Assembly: GCA_964016885.1 (NCBI GenBank)
Contig: OZ024740.1
Span: 197,842,001 to 197,906,000 of the forward strand
DNA length: 64,000 nucleotides
DNA from: Eledone cirrhosa
Taxonomy: Eukaryota
Direction of reading: 5' to 3'
In this document: in pieces, positions 12,340 through 25,002 of the stretch
Numbering within the stretch: the stretch's first letter is position 1
Layout of the letters: each line of letters begins with the position of its first letter
Made by a program: the position numbers and the translations under genes
Notes under the pieces: model-generated
What the model was told of the DNA's origin: nothing
Databases searched by the model: none
Seen by the model: only the letters and a program-made list of their open reading frames with translations

Positions 12340-13760
12340 AATAGGTTTAAAATCTACAAAGTACTCACCCAAGGTGAATGGACTCACTTCTTTCGAATCG
12401 GATCTAATTAATCTATTAACAAACATCCCCTTCCACAAACACTCTACCTGTTTCCAAAACAATTTAAATAAAGACCTACAAAATTTAACCCTCCCCTATC
12501 GGATAAAACAAACAACCTCTATGAACTCGGTCCTACCACCTACAGCCAATTACTAGACAAGGGAATACGATCTAGATGTAGGAAAGGTGACCTCACCATA
12601 TATAACTCTTTTAACGATGAGGCTAAATACATCGCCATAACCAAGGAGATAGAAAATAGATTAAAATGCTTAGCGAAGATGGAGGTTTACGTAAAACTTA
12701 AGAACCATTAGGATGATTTCATGACAAACCCGACATGTAGACTCACTAACCCCGCCAAGACAGAATTAGACCTCGTCAGTGAGAACCTACTTAGACATTT
12801 GAATAGAAATATTAATAAACAATGTAGGCTTAACCAATGAGAAAATAGCCAAGCAATGCTAGATTGGTTTAACTCCCTTAAACATACGGATAGACCCAGA
12901 TTTACCCAGTTTTATATCGTGGAATTTTACCCGTCGATATTCGGTGACTTACCCGATTAGGCACTGGACTTCGCCGGTAGATTTAGCGATATACATAACT
13001 TGGACCGACTGGTAATATCTCACTGCCGAAAAACCTTCCTCTTTAGCAAAAGGGAGACCTGGATAAAGAAATCCGCGACAAAAGGCTACTTTGATGTTTT
13101 TATGGGATTGTTTAACAGCGCAGATGTTTGCGATTTGGTAGGACACTTTATCCTGGATACCTTACACACGAAATTACCGGAATTCCAGACGGGTTTATAT
13201 TATGATGACGTGGTCTGGGTCTTACTAGCCCAAAAATACGGCCACGACATCGACACTTTTAGGAAATAGTTAATCACCACTTTTAGGGAAATAGGCCTGA
13301 AAATTACCGTATCAACCACCCTTATTAGTGTTAACTTCTTATACTTCTACCTAGAACTATATACACACATTCATAAATCATTCCATAAAAACCTAACGAA
13401 AACGGTACATACATACACAAGAACTCCTGCCATCCTCTATAGTCTTCAAAAAATTAGTTAAGAATATTAGCAAGCGCATCTATAGACTCTCTTTTAATCA
13501 AGCTATTTGCCTTAGCGGCTATTCAGAGAATATTTCCTACAGTCTAGACCAGGCATGTCAAACTGAGGGTCCCCGAGTGCCACATGGGTCACATATGTGT
13601 TGTCTGAGAGCCACACATTACAACTAATTGCGCACATTATAACTAATATTTTTTTTAATCTTATATTACTCTCGCGCTGTAAAAACCTTTGTGAGGGCCG
13701 CATGTTTGACATGCCTGCTCTAGACAACTCCACTAATACTATTAGGAAAAACATAGAAAT
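12340..13760 (+). pseudogene. Decayed Naiad-type PLE RT
   Basis: FESDLINLLTNIPF, CRLTNPAKTEL, QFYIVEFYPSI, FDVFMGLFNSADVCDLVG, GLYYDD; many stops. Confidence 0.8.
13550..13717. mobile_element. hAT (Charlie-like) MITE
   Basis: Perfect 14-bp TIR CAGGCATGTCAAAC. 8-bp target duplication GTCTAGAC/CTCTAGAC (7/8 match). Confidence 0.88.
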
Positions 13761-14044
13761 AAAGTGAACGATGAAGTTCGTTTATATGTAGTTAGTTGTT
13801 TTTATTGTGTATCGACCTATTGCGCGCGTTTCGCAGAAGGTTGCTCAAGGTCACCCATAGAAGTTATGGACTGGACCCGATATATATATATATATCGTTG
13901 AGAAGCTGCACTAGATGTCTTTGCCATCTTTTTCCTCAGAAAATATATCGTACACTCTTCTCATTGATTTAAATTCTGAACGTTTCATGTATATTAGTAT
14001 TTAAAACACCCACTTCAACATCCGTCCAACCACCCATCCATCCA

Positions 14045-14265
<221 letters not shown>

Positions 14266-14721
14266 TCATTTACAATTATTAGGAATTTGCGTTGTCTTGT
14301 ACAATCAGTTTCCTTCGAAATGTTTCCGCCTACATATCTCATCATTAATAAGTTCAACTGACAGCCTAAATAAAACTTATGTATAACTAATTCTCTCACT
14401 CTGCAGATGAAATGTAATCATAATTTAAAGTGTCCATTAATCTTACGTAACATAATGATTTGATAGAATACATTTGGACTTCCAACGGTGTATATTTAAA
14501 ATTTAGCATTAATAGAATGAAGTTATGAAGAAACCCAACATGTACGAAGACCCGAAAATATAATTACAGAATTGGAAGTCTTCTATGAATTTAATAATTG
14601 AAATAAAATCCCTGAACTATTACAATGAATGATAACTGTTATTGCGATATCACGATTCTAAGTGCAAATACAAATTCTAATATTATCGAGTCTTTGTGCA
14701 CTTAGTAATAGTGTAGTACTT

Positions 14722-14757
<36 letters not shown>

Positions 14758-15074
14758 ATTAAAGTAGTAGTAGTAGTAGTAGTAGCAGCAGTAGCGGTGA
14801 TTTGGCATAGGACGTCGAATGTCTTAGTAATATGTCTTTCGGCTATTTACATTTTGTGTTCAAATCTCACGGTGACTTTGTGTTTCATCCTTCTGGGGTC
14901 AATATAATCAACTTTCCTATCCACACAATTGACTGCCCTTGTGACAATATCCAAAACCTGAAATGCACAGTGACATCTGTTCAACTACCTCTCCGAACCG
15001 TACAACACTATGCTATCGGTCCGCCAAGTTTGTCCTTTCTCATCCCTGTTGTATGTAATGACTACACAAATTGG

Positions 15075-15600
15075 AAACGTTGAAATGTATCTCAGGTGAA
15101 CTAGGATGTGGGAGATCCGTGTCAGTATATGCCAATGAGTTGATCGGCATTCCTCTCGAGGAAACTTCATGCCGTTTAACAACGTCGTCGGGTGATGGAC
15201 GGACGGACCGGTTAAATTGCTTGGGGTCTGGTTTTGTCCAGACCTCTAAATGAACAAAAACTGGGGCGAGGTAACGAGCAGAGTAGCCACTCTCACTCAG
15301 AAATGGGCCAAGAAGAAGCTGTCTCTGAAAGATTTCCTGAAAGAAACAGAAACGGGTATGAGGAGCGAAACAACCGATCTCTAACGACAGCAGGAGCGTA
15401 AATATCCAGTTTTTCTACTTCTTTACAGACAGCATGACAACTATAGGAATAGGAGGCACAAATGCACGTGGCATCTCTGGAAAGGGAGGCGGAGAGGCTG
15501 TATTGTTTCGGAAAGGCTTTAACTTCGAAGTACGTAATAAACGTTTTAGACATGGATGGGGGTTGGCGATTCTAGACCATAAACAGTAGACGCATTTCTG
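15075..15600 (+). pseudogene. Degraded Tx1 LINE ORF2 fragments (RT-distal piece, then APE piece)
   Basis: ELGCGRSVSVYA, WTDGPVKLLGVWF-like and KNWGEVTSRVATLTQKWA. Then GGGEAVLFRK-like APE residues. Confidence 0.7.
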
Positions 15601-15822
15601 CGTTCATGTTGCTGTTGTGTTGCCGTAGAGAGTATTGTTTCTATAAGTATTATATTTTGTGAGTAATTATATAGAGTATAAGTTTTGGTATCTCGTTTTT
15701 GTTTTTAATAGTATATGTGTTTGTGCGTGCACTGACACGCGTATGTGTAAATTATATAATCCATTTAAAAATACTTTTATAACAAAAATGCACACACATG
15801 CACGCGCGCACACACACACGCA

Positions 15823-15896
<74 letters not shown>

Positions 15897-16443
15897 TATA
15901 TATATACCATATTAAAGTTATAACCATAGGTGGAGAGATTAAACACAGCTCAAAATGAGTAATTTATCATAATAAGCAAAACAAAAGGATATGTAAAAGT
16001 ATTTTCCCAAAAGGTCTGTATACAAACTCCTATTGTACCAAAAATAACAATTACAGTAGAAGCAAATTATTCATAAAAATAAACAAAAACAAACAAACAA
16101 ACAAAAAAAAAACACAAAACCAAAAATAAAATCGACACCAAATACATTAATACATTAAATGAAACGTTCGTTAATCTGCATTTAATGTATTAATGTTTTT
16201 TTCGTTATTGTGTGTGTGTATGTATATATATATATATATATATAGTGGTAGAACACTGGAAGGTAATATACGTAGTGGTAGAGCACTCAGTCCATGAGAC
16301 GAGTGAGGTAGAAGTGGTTACACAACAGTTAGTTCACCATACCGAGAACAATTGTTTCACCTTAACGGATCCTCAGCTCGTAATGGACATGGTTATACGG
16401 AACAGGAAGGACAACCGTTCGAACGCGCATTCGTACGGTTGTA

Positions 16444-16714
16444 TGCAGTGCCTTTGCTCACTATAAAAGCTTCACGGCACAGGCATTGCTTTATATCTGG
16501 AGATCTCTCTGCACTTGTCGTTACATGGTACCACGGGCCCAGCACTATGTGTCAATAATTGTCACAAGTGCAGTGTTTGTACCATAGTTTTCAAGTCGCT
16601 GGCTGGACTAAAAAGTCACACTCGTTCAGCGCATCGGTAGGGGTTCTCCTACATGGATATAAAGTAGTGGCCGTACTCGAAAACGAGTTGGCAGCCATTA
16701 TGTATGTATGTATG
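16444..16714 (+). mobile_element. 3' part of non-autonomous RTE derivative with (TATG)n tail
   Basis: Matches copies at 21910-22521, 22609-23187 and 24439-24721. Ends in the hairpin CTCGAAAACGAG, then TTGGCAGCCA and (TATG)4. Confidence 0.8.
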
Positions 16715-19700
16715 AATGTTTTCTCTTTCTCTTAATTTTGAGTATATTTTTTTGACCGGCCACCTTCCTGGTGGCAAGGTTGTAAAAGAAAAGAAATTGT
16801 CATCCCTTGAATCGCAAGAATGTTTTGCAAATTTTGAAGGTGCCAGCTATCGCAGCCATTTGTAGACTATGAATTAGGGAGCTGCGCTTTTTGTCCGCAA
16901 ATCCAAGTTCAGTCATACTTTGGTCCAAGCGGGTTGGTATATAACCCGTAGCACCAATAATGATGGGTATGAAGCTAAAGGTGTATCTTGGATACTGGAT
17001 CTGTAAACTCCTCATCAATGGTCTGTAGATGTCCTCCTTCTCCTGTATTTTTCTGACAACGTTTACATCAAGTGGGCAGCTGATCTCCACAACAGAACAC
17101 GTTTTCAATGTGTGGTCCCAAACTACAATATCAGGCCGGTTGTGCTTTAATCTGGTGGCAGTTTTTATTTTCAGGTTCCACCAGTATTCCTTAGTGCCAT
17201 CTGTCTCAATATATTCTTCCTCGTTTGTTGTTAATTTTGTTTTCCGAAGTGCGTTCCAGATGGTTCTAGCTATCCCATCGTGTCTCATGGGGAGGTAGTA
17301 GCGAGATGACATTCTTTCGCAGCTGGCAACAATGTGGCTTACATCCTCGATCTTTGTTTTACATAGCCTACATTTATTGTCAGCTGCTGGCCCTCCTCTT
17401 TTGTGCAGCAGATATTTGGTAGGGAGTTCTTGTCCCTGTATTGCATAGAGATATCCCTCAAGGTGTGATGTCATAAACTTGTCGGAACTCCATGCCAGGC
17501 TTTTTGAGTGGTTTATCCCCTCTATGGTCTGTGTTTTACGCCTCAAGTATCCATGCACAACTTTTTCTGTAAATTGGTCAATTTTTTTTTCTTGTTTGAA
17601 CATTGAATAGGATCTTCCGATTTCTCTGGGTGAGAGATTTATATCGGGCTTTATTCCATATCTCTCCTCCAGATCAGTCGCTATTCTAATGATATTTCTT
17701 TTTTCATGGTCATAAACCTGGGCAAGATGGTTGCCAACCTTTTTCCTCTGTTGAAGGTGTTGCTTCAGTGTCACTATCCGGGTCTCATATGTTGTTAATA
17801 TTGATTTTAGACCCCGGCCACCTTCCTTGCGTGAGAAGTATAGCCTATCCACATCACCATTGATGTTAAAGTTCCCAGTAACACTGAGAAGTTTTCGAGT
17901 TCTAACATCCATCTCACTTAGTTCTTGCAATGACCAGTTCAGTAGGCCAAATGTTGGCGTTAGAATTGGCACAGCATAAGTATTGTGGGCAATGTATTTG
18001 TTGTATGCTGACAGTTCTGATGACCATATTTTCTTTACTCTTCTGAGGTATTCAGTTCTGGTTTTCTCCTTATTTATGGGTCCATCATATCTGACATTCT
18101 CATCCTGTCCAAGATATCTGTAGTTGTCACCTGACTGCAGAGGTTGTATTGTCAGGCCGTTCATCTCTAGATTTCTAGAGGAGGGCACAGCTCTTCCACG
18201 TTTTACTGCCAAATATGCACACTTGGACTCACCAAATTTCATTTTGATGTCGGTTGAAAATTGTGTAATGAGGTCCAATTGTTTCTTGATGTCATTGATA
18301 TTTGGCCCATACAACTTCAGGTCATCAACAAAGAAAAGATGGGAGATACTTCTGGTCCCACTTCTTTGTCGACCTTGTTTCCTGAGTAGATAAGATAGTG
18401 GATTCAGTGAGAGAACGAAGAGTAGCACCGACAAGCTATCACCCTGAAAGATGCCCTTCTGGTAATGTATCTTATCAGTCCTAACCTGCTCCTTCTCACC
18501 TCTAAGGATCAAACTGGTGTACCAGTTCTTGGTCAGGCGTTCAACAGCAGCTACCAATGGTTGTGGGACTTTAGCTAACTGTAAAGCCTTAACAATCCAC
18601 CCATGAGGTACACTATCAAATGCTTTTTGATAGTCCAGCCACACGACAGTCATGTTTCTGCGATTCTTTGTTGTTTTTTCCTGAATCATTTTGTTAGTTA
18701 GTAGGTGATCTATGCAACCCCACACCTCCCTCTTTCCACCAGCTTGCTCAGGTGTTATGATGTTGTTGGTAGCACAGTGATCCTGTAAGAACAGGTTAAG
18801 GCACCCAGTATATAATTTATACATGATGTTTTGGCAGGCAATTGGGCGGTAATTTTTAGCAAGGGTGGTTTGGCTATTTTTGGGAATGAGGAGAGTAGAG
18901 GCAGTTGATAACCATCTGGGCAGTTCTTGTGTGCCCTTAATGGTTTCTGTAAACAGCCGTATGAGATCTTGCCGATAGAAAGTGAAATTCTTCAACCAGT
19001 ATCCTGTAATGAGGTCTGGGCCTGGCGATTTCCTATTCGACATTTTCTGTAGAGCTGTTTCCAGTATTGACCCATCTATGTCATATTGTTTTGTCTGGAC
19101 ATGTTGGCAGTAGTCCTGTTCCAGTTCTTTTAGCCAATTAGCTTGTCTGTTGAATCCGTCGTCCGTTTCCCATACAGATCTCCAGTAGCTCTCAACCTGT
19201 TCTTTTGAAGGGGTGTCATTTACAGAGATTGAGCTTTTGCCACCGAAGCTGCGATAAACTGATTTAGGATCTCTGGCAAACAATCTATTTAGCACTTGTC
19301 GTTTATGTGCTGTTGACTTATATTTTAGTCTTTCTGTTGTAGCTGTGAGTTGTTGTTTCAACTGGTGTAATTTGGAGTTCAAAGTTTTAAATTTTGTATC
19401 TCCAAATCTTCTCTCTAACTTTTTCTTTATGTCTTCCTGGTGTTGTGTGAAGTTGCTCTCTATGTTGCATTTCATAACGACTGCGATGTGTGAGATACTT
19501 CGTCTCAGGGACAAAATTTTGGTTTTTAAATTTCGCATCCACGCTGGTTCAGGCTTTCTGTTTGTATCTTGATTGCGTGGTTTTAGATGTGTGTTATATG
19601 CTAGCAATGTGACAGCTGAAACATATAACAAAACATTAAGCGTTTCAAATGTCGTTTCTACACCTTTAGATCGTATAGCCTTCAGATAATTGCCAGCTAT

Positions 19701-20746
19701 TTCGTTCACCGCTTCCAATTCCAATTTAGTGGGTTCTTTACTGACTCTAGTGTTGTATGGTCTGTCACTCACATTAAGGCTGTGTATCTCTTGAAACATA
19801 TCATTCCATATCACTTGTAGGGAGCCCACAAGTTTTTGGTGCTCTGTTTGTTCAGTAGAGTCATGAATTTCAGCCTCGTTGTTGATGTGGTGACAATTAC
19901 TACTAGAGTCAGCTGACCTTTCTCGCTGTTCTTCAGTGGAAGTGGGATGAATTTCAGCAAAATTGTTGGTGAGCTGTTCACTGTTAGATTTAGCCGGCCA
20001 TTCTCTTTGTCTGTCAGTGGAGGTGGGGTGGTTGTCTACAAGGGCTGTATTTGTAGTATCACTCGATTCCGTTAGATGTATCAATTTACATCTAATGATA
20101 CGTTTTGCCTGTTCATTTAAATGCTTTGGAGAAAAGTCTAATTCTGGGTGTTTGGAGTTCCATAAAGTTTTTAGCCTTTGCATAAAACCGAACTTTTGGG
20201 GTTCAGATTGTTTGTATGCTTCATATAATACTTTGTTAAGCTCGTAGGTCCACTGTGTACAACGGTTGTAATTGCGATTTGGTCGAAGGAGACTTGTACT
20301 TTTTGCCATGATGAGTTCGTCTATTCACTAATATTTCGTATTTATTTTTCAAAATAGTCGATGATCTTCTTTAAAAGTTACGACAAAGTTCTGTCAGAAT
20401 CAAATTTAAAGTTATTCACAGCTTGAGTAATATTTCTTTTCAGTTAGTTTTTAATTCTACAACTGTGTTTTATATAAATGTAATATTTCTTTATAAATGT
20501 AATATAACAACGTTGCATTTATATGTTAAAGTGTATGTATCGTTCATATATCATAAGTGTATGTATCGTTCATATAAATAGGTGTTCTACAACATACTTA
20601 CAGTTCAAACATTTATGTAGAATTATTGTATGTAATCTTACCGCGTAATGTAGCTCAACTTTTTCCAATATATGGTATGTTGCCTTCATGTAAGCCGTAA
20701 TTACACACGTCCGATTATCGGACACTGACCACAACGGTCGCCATTT
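16715..20746 (-). mobile_element. Full-length R4/Dong-clade non-LTR retrotransposon
   Basis: Single intact ORF, ~435-nt 5' UTR, ~85-nt 3' UTR with hairpin GCCACC-aggaa-GGTGGC. (CATA)n on both sides. Confidence 0.92.
16800..20309 (-). CDS. RT plus CCHC zinc knuckle plus restriction-like endonuclease polyprotein (1169 aa)
   Basis: KSPGPD, YRPIAC, LDYQKAFDSV, GIFQGDSLS, FFVDD, GGRGL, CRLC-x7-H-x4-C, RHD, RPDIVVWD...VEISCP...K. No stops. Confidence 0.96.
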   Translation of the reverse strand: MAKSTSLLRPNRNYNRCTQWTYELNKVLYEAYKQSEPQKFGFMQRLKTLWNSKHPELDFSPKHLNEQAKRIIRCKLIHLTESSDTTNTALVDNHPTSTDRQREWPAKSNSEQLTNNFAEIHPTSTEEQRERSADSSSNCHHINNEAEIHDSTEQTEHQKLVGSLQVIWNDMFQEIHSLNVSDRPYNTRVSKEPTKLELEAVNEIAGNYLKAIRSKGVETTFETLNVLLYVSAVTLLAYNTHLKPRNQDTNRKPEPAWMRNLKTKILSLRRSISHIAVVMKCNIESNFTQHQEDIKKKLERRFGDTKFKTLNSKLHQLKQQLTATTERLKYKSTAHKRQVLNRLFARDPKSVYRSFGGKSSISVNDTPSKEQVESYWRSVWETDDGFNRQANWLKELEQDYCQHVQTKQYDIDGSILETALQKMSNRKSPGPDLITGYWLKNFTFYRQDLIRLFTETIKGTQELPRWLSTASTLLIPKNSQTTLAKNYRPIACQNIMYKLYTGCLNLFLQDHCATNNIITPEQAGGKREVWGCIDHLLTNKMIQEKTTKNRRNMTVVWLDYQKAFDSVPHGWIVKALQLAKVPQPLVAAVERLTKNWYTSLILRGEKEQVRTDKIHYQKGIFQGDSLSVLLFVLSLNPLSYLLRKQGRQRSGTRSISHLFFVDDLKLYGPNINDIKKQLDLITQFSTDIKMKFGESKCAYLAVKRGRAVPSSRNLEMNGLTIQPLQSGDNYRYLGQDENVRYDGPINKEKTRTEYLRRVKKIWSSELSAYNKYIAHNTYAVPILTPTFGLLNWSLQELSEMDVRTRKLLSVTGNFNINGDVDRLYFSRKEGGRGLKSILTTYETRIVTLKQHLQQRKKVGNHLAQVYDHEKRNIIRIATDLEERYGIKPDINLSPREIGRSYSMFKQEKKIDQFTEKVVHGYLRRKTQTIEGINHSKSLAWSSDKFMTSHLEGYLYAIQGQELPTKYLLHKRGGPAADNKCRLCKTKIEDVSHIVASCERMSSRYYLPMRHDGIARTIWNALRKTKLTTNEEEYIETDGTKEYWWNLKIKTATRLKHNRPDIVVWDHTLKTCSVVEISCPLDVNVVRKIQEKEDIYRPLMRSLQIQYPRYTFSFIPIIIGATGYIPTRLDQSMTELGFADKKRSSLIHSLQMAAIAGTFKICKTFLRFKG

Positions 20747-21909
20747 TATGTATGTATGTATGTATGTATGTATGTATGTATGTATGTATGTATGTATGTA
20801 TGTATGTATGTATGTATGTATGTATATGTGTATGTATGTATGTATGTGTGTGTGTATGTATGTATATGTATGTATGTATGTGTATGTATATATATATATA
20901 TATGTATATGTGTGTATACATATATATGTGCATATGAATGTATGTGTATATATGTATATGTACATGTGTATGTATGATTATATATATGTGTGTATGTATG
21001 TGCATATGTATGTGTGTATGTATGTATATGTGTATATGTGTGTATATGTGTGCATATGTATATGTGTATGTATGTATATATATATGTGTATATGTATGCA
21101 TGTGTGTGTGTGTGTATGTGTATATGTATATATGTATATGTGTATGTGCATATGTATGTGTGTATGTGTGTATGTGTGTATATGTATACATATATGCATG
21201 TGTGTGTATGTATGTGTATATGTATACGTATGTATGTATGTATGTATATGTATGTATATATGTATATATGTATGTATGTGTATGTGTATATATATATATA
21301 TATGTATGTGTGTGTATATGTATGTATGTGTATGTATATATGCCTATGTATGTGTGTGTATGTATATATGTATATATATGTATACATATGTATGTATGTG
21401 TATGTATGTGTATGTATATGTATATATGTGCATATGTATGTGTGTGTGTGTATATGTATGTATATATGTACATATGTATGTGTGTATATGTGTATATATG
21501 TACATATGTATGTATGTGTATGTATGTGTGTATATGTATGTATATACATGTGTATGTGTGTATATATGTGTGTATGTGTATATGTACATATGTATGTATG
21601 TGTATGTGTATATATATATATATACATATGTATGTATGTGTGTATATATGTATATATATGTGCATATGTATGTATGTGTGTATATGTATATATGTGTATA
21701 CATATGTATGTATGTGTATATATGTGTATGTGTGTATATACATACATATGTATGTGTGTATGTATGTGTATGTATGTATATGTATATATATGGACATGTG
21801 TATGTGTGTGTGTGTATATATGTATATATATATATATATGCATATGTATGTGTGTATGTGTATATGTATGTATATATATGTGTATGCATATGTATGTATA
21901 TGTATATAT
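20747..21909 (+). repeat. 1.16-kb (TATG)n/(TG)/(TA) compound microsatellite
   Basis: Pure (TATG)n next to the element, degenerating distally. Confidence 0.95.
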
Positions 21910-22608
21910 TGTGTCAGGTCACCAGTTGGTGCTACTGGTAACATGTATCCCAGTACAACCTGTCTCATCGTCGGGACGTTGGCGACTAAACTGGCAACCC
22001 CACCAAGATTTCATGGTGAGGAGGGTGACTTTGGACATCCTGCAGGACTAAAAACAAAACCTGTCAAAGGGCAAAGGAGCTCTTAAGAGTCAATGGCCAT
22101 CCAAAATCACCGGGAGAGATGACCCCTTAGCCTTTGTCAAGGCAGAATTCTAGGAGAAGGAAAACTCTGATATAACACCTGCAACCCTGATGGTATCCAA
22201 TGATGTTGACTTGTTCTTCTTTTTGGTAAATATCATCTTGGTTAAGAGAGTGGGACTGGCTTTGTGCAGTGCCTTTGTTCACTATAAAAGCTTCACGGCA
22301 CAGGCATTGCTTTATATCTGGAGATCTCTCTGCACTTGTCCTCACATGGTACCATGGGCCCAGCACTATGTGTCAGTAATTGTCACAAGTGTAGTATTTG
22401 TACCAGAGTTTTCAATACGCTGGCTGGACTAAAAAGTCACACTCGTTCAGCGCATCGGTAGGGGTTCTCCTACATGGATATAGAGTAGTGGCCGTACTCG
22501 AAAACGAGTTGGCAGCCACAATGTATGTATGTATGTATGTATGTATGTATGTATGTATGTATGTATGTATGTATGTATGTATGTATGTATGTATGTATGT
22601 ATGTGTGT
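21910..22608 (+). mobile_element. Bipartite non-autonomous RTE element (RTE-like 5' UTR plus ORF/3' end) with (TATG)n tail
   Basis: Contains TCTAGGAGAAGGAAAACTCTGA (RTE 5' UTR-like). The 3' part encodes a C2H2 finger HKCSICTRVFNTLAGLKSHTRSAHR*, followed by a terminal hairpin and tail. Confidence 0.75.
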
Positions 22609-23335
22609 ATGTATCCCAGTACAACCTGTTCCATGGTCGGGTCGTTGGCGACTAAACTGGCAACCCCACCAAGGTTTCTTGGTGAGGAGGGTGACTTTGG
22701 ACATCCTGCAGGACTAAAAACAAAACCTGTCAAAGGGCAAAGGAGCTCTTAAGAGTCAATGGTCATCCAAAATCACCGGGAGAGATGACCCCTTAGCCTT
22801 TGTCAAGGCAGAATTCTAGGACAAGGAAAACTCTGATATAACACCTGCAACCCTTATGGTATCCAATAATGTTGACATGTTCTTCTTTTTGGTAAATATC
22901 ATCTTGGTTAAGAGAGTGGGACTGGCTTTGTGCAGTGCCTTTGTTCACTATAAAAGCTTCACGGCACAGGCATTGCTTTATATCTGGAGATCTCTCTGTA
23001 CTTGTCCTCACATGGTACCATGGGCCCAGCACTATGTGTCAATAATTGTCACACGTGTAGTGTTTGTATCAGAATTTTCAAGTCGCTGGCTGGTCTAAAA
23101 AGTCACCCTCGTTCAGCGCATCGGTAGGGGTTCTCCTTCATGGATATAAAGTAGTGGCCGTACTCGAAAACGAGTTGGCAGCCACCATGTATGTATGTAT
23201 GTATGTATGTATGTATGTATGTATGTATGTATGTATGTATGTATGTATGTATGTATGTATGTATTATGTATGTATGTATGTATGTATGCATGTATGTTTG
23301 TATGTATGTATGTATGTATATGTGTATGTATGTAT
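22609..23335 (+). mobile_element. Second tandem copy of the bipartite RTE element
   Basis: Highly similar to 21943-22521. Starts at ATGTATCCCAGT, merged with the previous tail. Confidence 0.8.
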
Positions 23336-24438
23336 AATATATTGAAATATATTCTGAATTCAATTCAAGTGCTATTATATATTTACCCTCAGAAATCTAT
23401 GTTTATGCGAGTCTCCAGGAGAAAGTCATTTAAAAAGGTCTTACGTATTTCTTCCAGATCAAAGATTATTATATTTGAAATTGTTGTGGAAAATCTTTTC
23501 AACGATTTTGATCTCCCATTCGTTATTTCAACTTCAGAAAATATCTAAAAAGTAAAATGTGACATCGAAATATTTACCCTCTCAACGTTGTTATCAATAC
23601 ACAGCCTGGTGCAAAAATGATTTGAACTGATTTAGACTAGAAGATGTGAGGAAAATAAGATGCAAATAGACTTTATTTGGGAATCTTCAAATATACCATA
23701 GCCGACCTCAGTCTGCAGAATAAAAAAATAAAGTTCTCAAAATTCCTTTGAAGTGTATTTATTCATGCTATATTTTATTTTAAATCTATTGCTACGCCTC
23801 TCAAGGAAACTGAATTGATCTGAAATTTACATTTTTGCTTTGATGAGCGCTTCTTTTCTATAGATGAATAAAGAAATTCTTGAAATGAATGAAACTTCTT
23901 ACTTGATATATTTAGATATTGTAACAACCTAACCTATGTTATCACTGACTTCAAATGATGACGGACTTTAAAGGGTCGTTTGGTTTACAAGAAAGCAGAG
24001 ACAGTTTTCCCTCAAATCACATCATATTATGAAGCGGCTTGTACTTGGGGTTCTGCACACTCGAATGCGTTCTGCAGTACTTTCCGGGCTTGTATAAATG
24101 GGATAGCGATGGTATAGGCTGTTGATATCTACAACATATGTTGGCACACACACGCCCCCCCCCCCCCCCCCCCCAAAAAAAAATCTAAACAGGAAAATCG
24201 GCCCAGAAGTCATAGACGAGACCTTTCTAAAGTTCAGTATTTGACTATTTACTGTTATTGCTATCTAAATACCAGCTATAGAGGTTGCTTTACTACTTAG
24301 ATTCCAGCATTTCGCTTTACAGAAAGAATTTAGTTTATGAAAATAGAAACAAGTATATATACATACATACATACATGAAGTTTTAACAGCGTTATTGGCT
24401 CTACCAGAGACACACACATATATATATACATATATATA

Positions 24439-24721
24439 TGGTTAAGAGAGTGGGACTGGCTTTGTGCAGTGCCTTTGCTCACTATAAAAGCTTCACGGCA
24501 CAGGCATTGCTTTATATCTGGAGATCTCTCTGCACTTGTCATCACATGGTACCAAGGGCCCAGCACTATGTGTCAATAATTGTCACAAGTGTCGTGTTTG
24601 TACCAGAGTTTTCAAGTCGCTGGCTGGACTAAAGAGTCACACTCGTTCAGCGCATCGGTAGGGGTTCTCCTACATGGATATAAAGTAGTGGCCGTACTCG
24701 AAAACGAGTTAGCAGCCACCA
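24439..24721 (+). mobile_element. 5'-truncated copy of the bipartite RTE element in (TA)n
   Basis: Same 3' ~280 bp. Confidence 0.8.
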
Positions 24722-24959
24722 TATATATATATATATATATATATATATTTCGTTTCTGAATTTGTTTACCAAGATTCTTTATCTGAAAAGTGTGTTGAAA
24801 CCGATATTGTTATGCTTCGGGAGGGTCATGTTGCCAATAAGAAACACACGCACCAGTCACTTTCACTCCAATTTATTATAAATTAAATTTACAAATTTAA
24901 GAATTTATAAATTTCCGGTTGGTTGGTTGGTTCCATAACCGGACGGTTGTTCATATATT

Positions 24960-25002
24960 GTCAAAGTTCTTTCGTCACACATTCTGTGACCTCTTCAGTG
25001 AC
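24960..25002 (-). ncRNA. Minimal hammerhead-like motif (left arm)
   Basis: Mirror of 25674-25716. Confidence 0.65.

Noticed and set aside
13812-13855. Hammerhead-like GCA..TGC-GAAA-CGCGCG on the minus strand
   Set aside because: The CTGANGA box and cleavage triplet are not intact.
20690-20746. HDV-like ribozyme at the 5' end of the R4/Dong element
   Set aside because: Only two simple hairpins (GACC/GGTC and GTCCGA/TCGGAC) are visible; no nested double pseudoknot could be assigned.
20570-22086. Long ORFs of 350-417 aa rich in Y/I/H/T/V/C/M
   Set aside because: These are translations of (TATG)/(TA)/(TG) microsatellite. The same applies to the YIYI, ERER and poly-S/R/F ORFs across the window.
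23446-23545. Possible minus-strand host exon (tttttag|ATATTT...ATAC|gtaaga), with similar weak candidates near 13920-13976, 14277-14365, 24020-24127 and 32270-32320
   Set aside because: Short open frames with no recognisable protein similarity. They cannot be distinguished from chance without RNA-seq.
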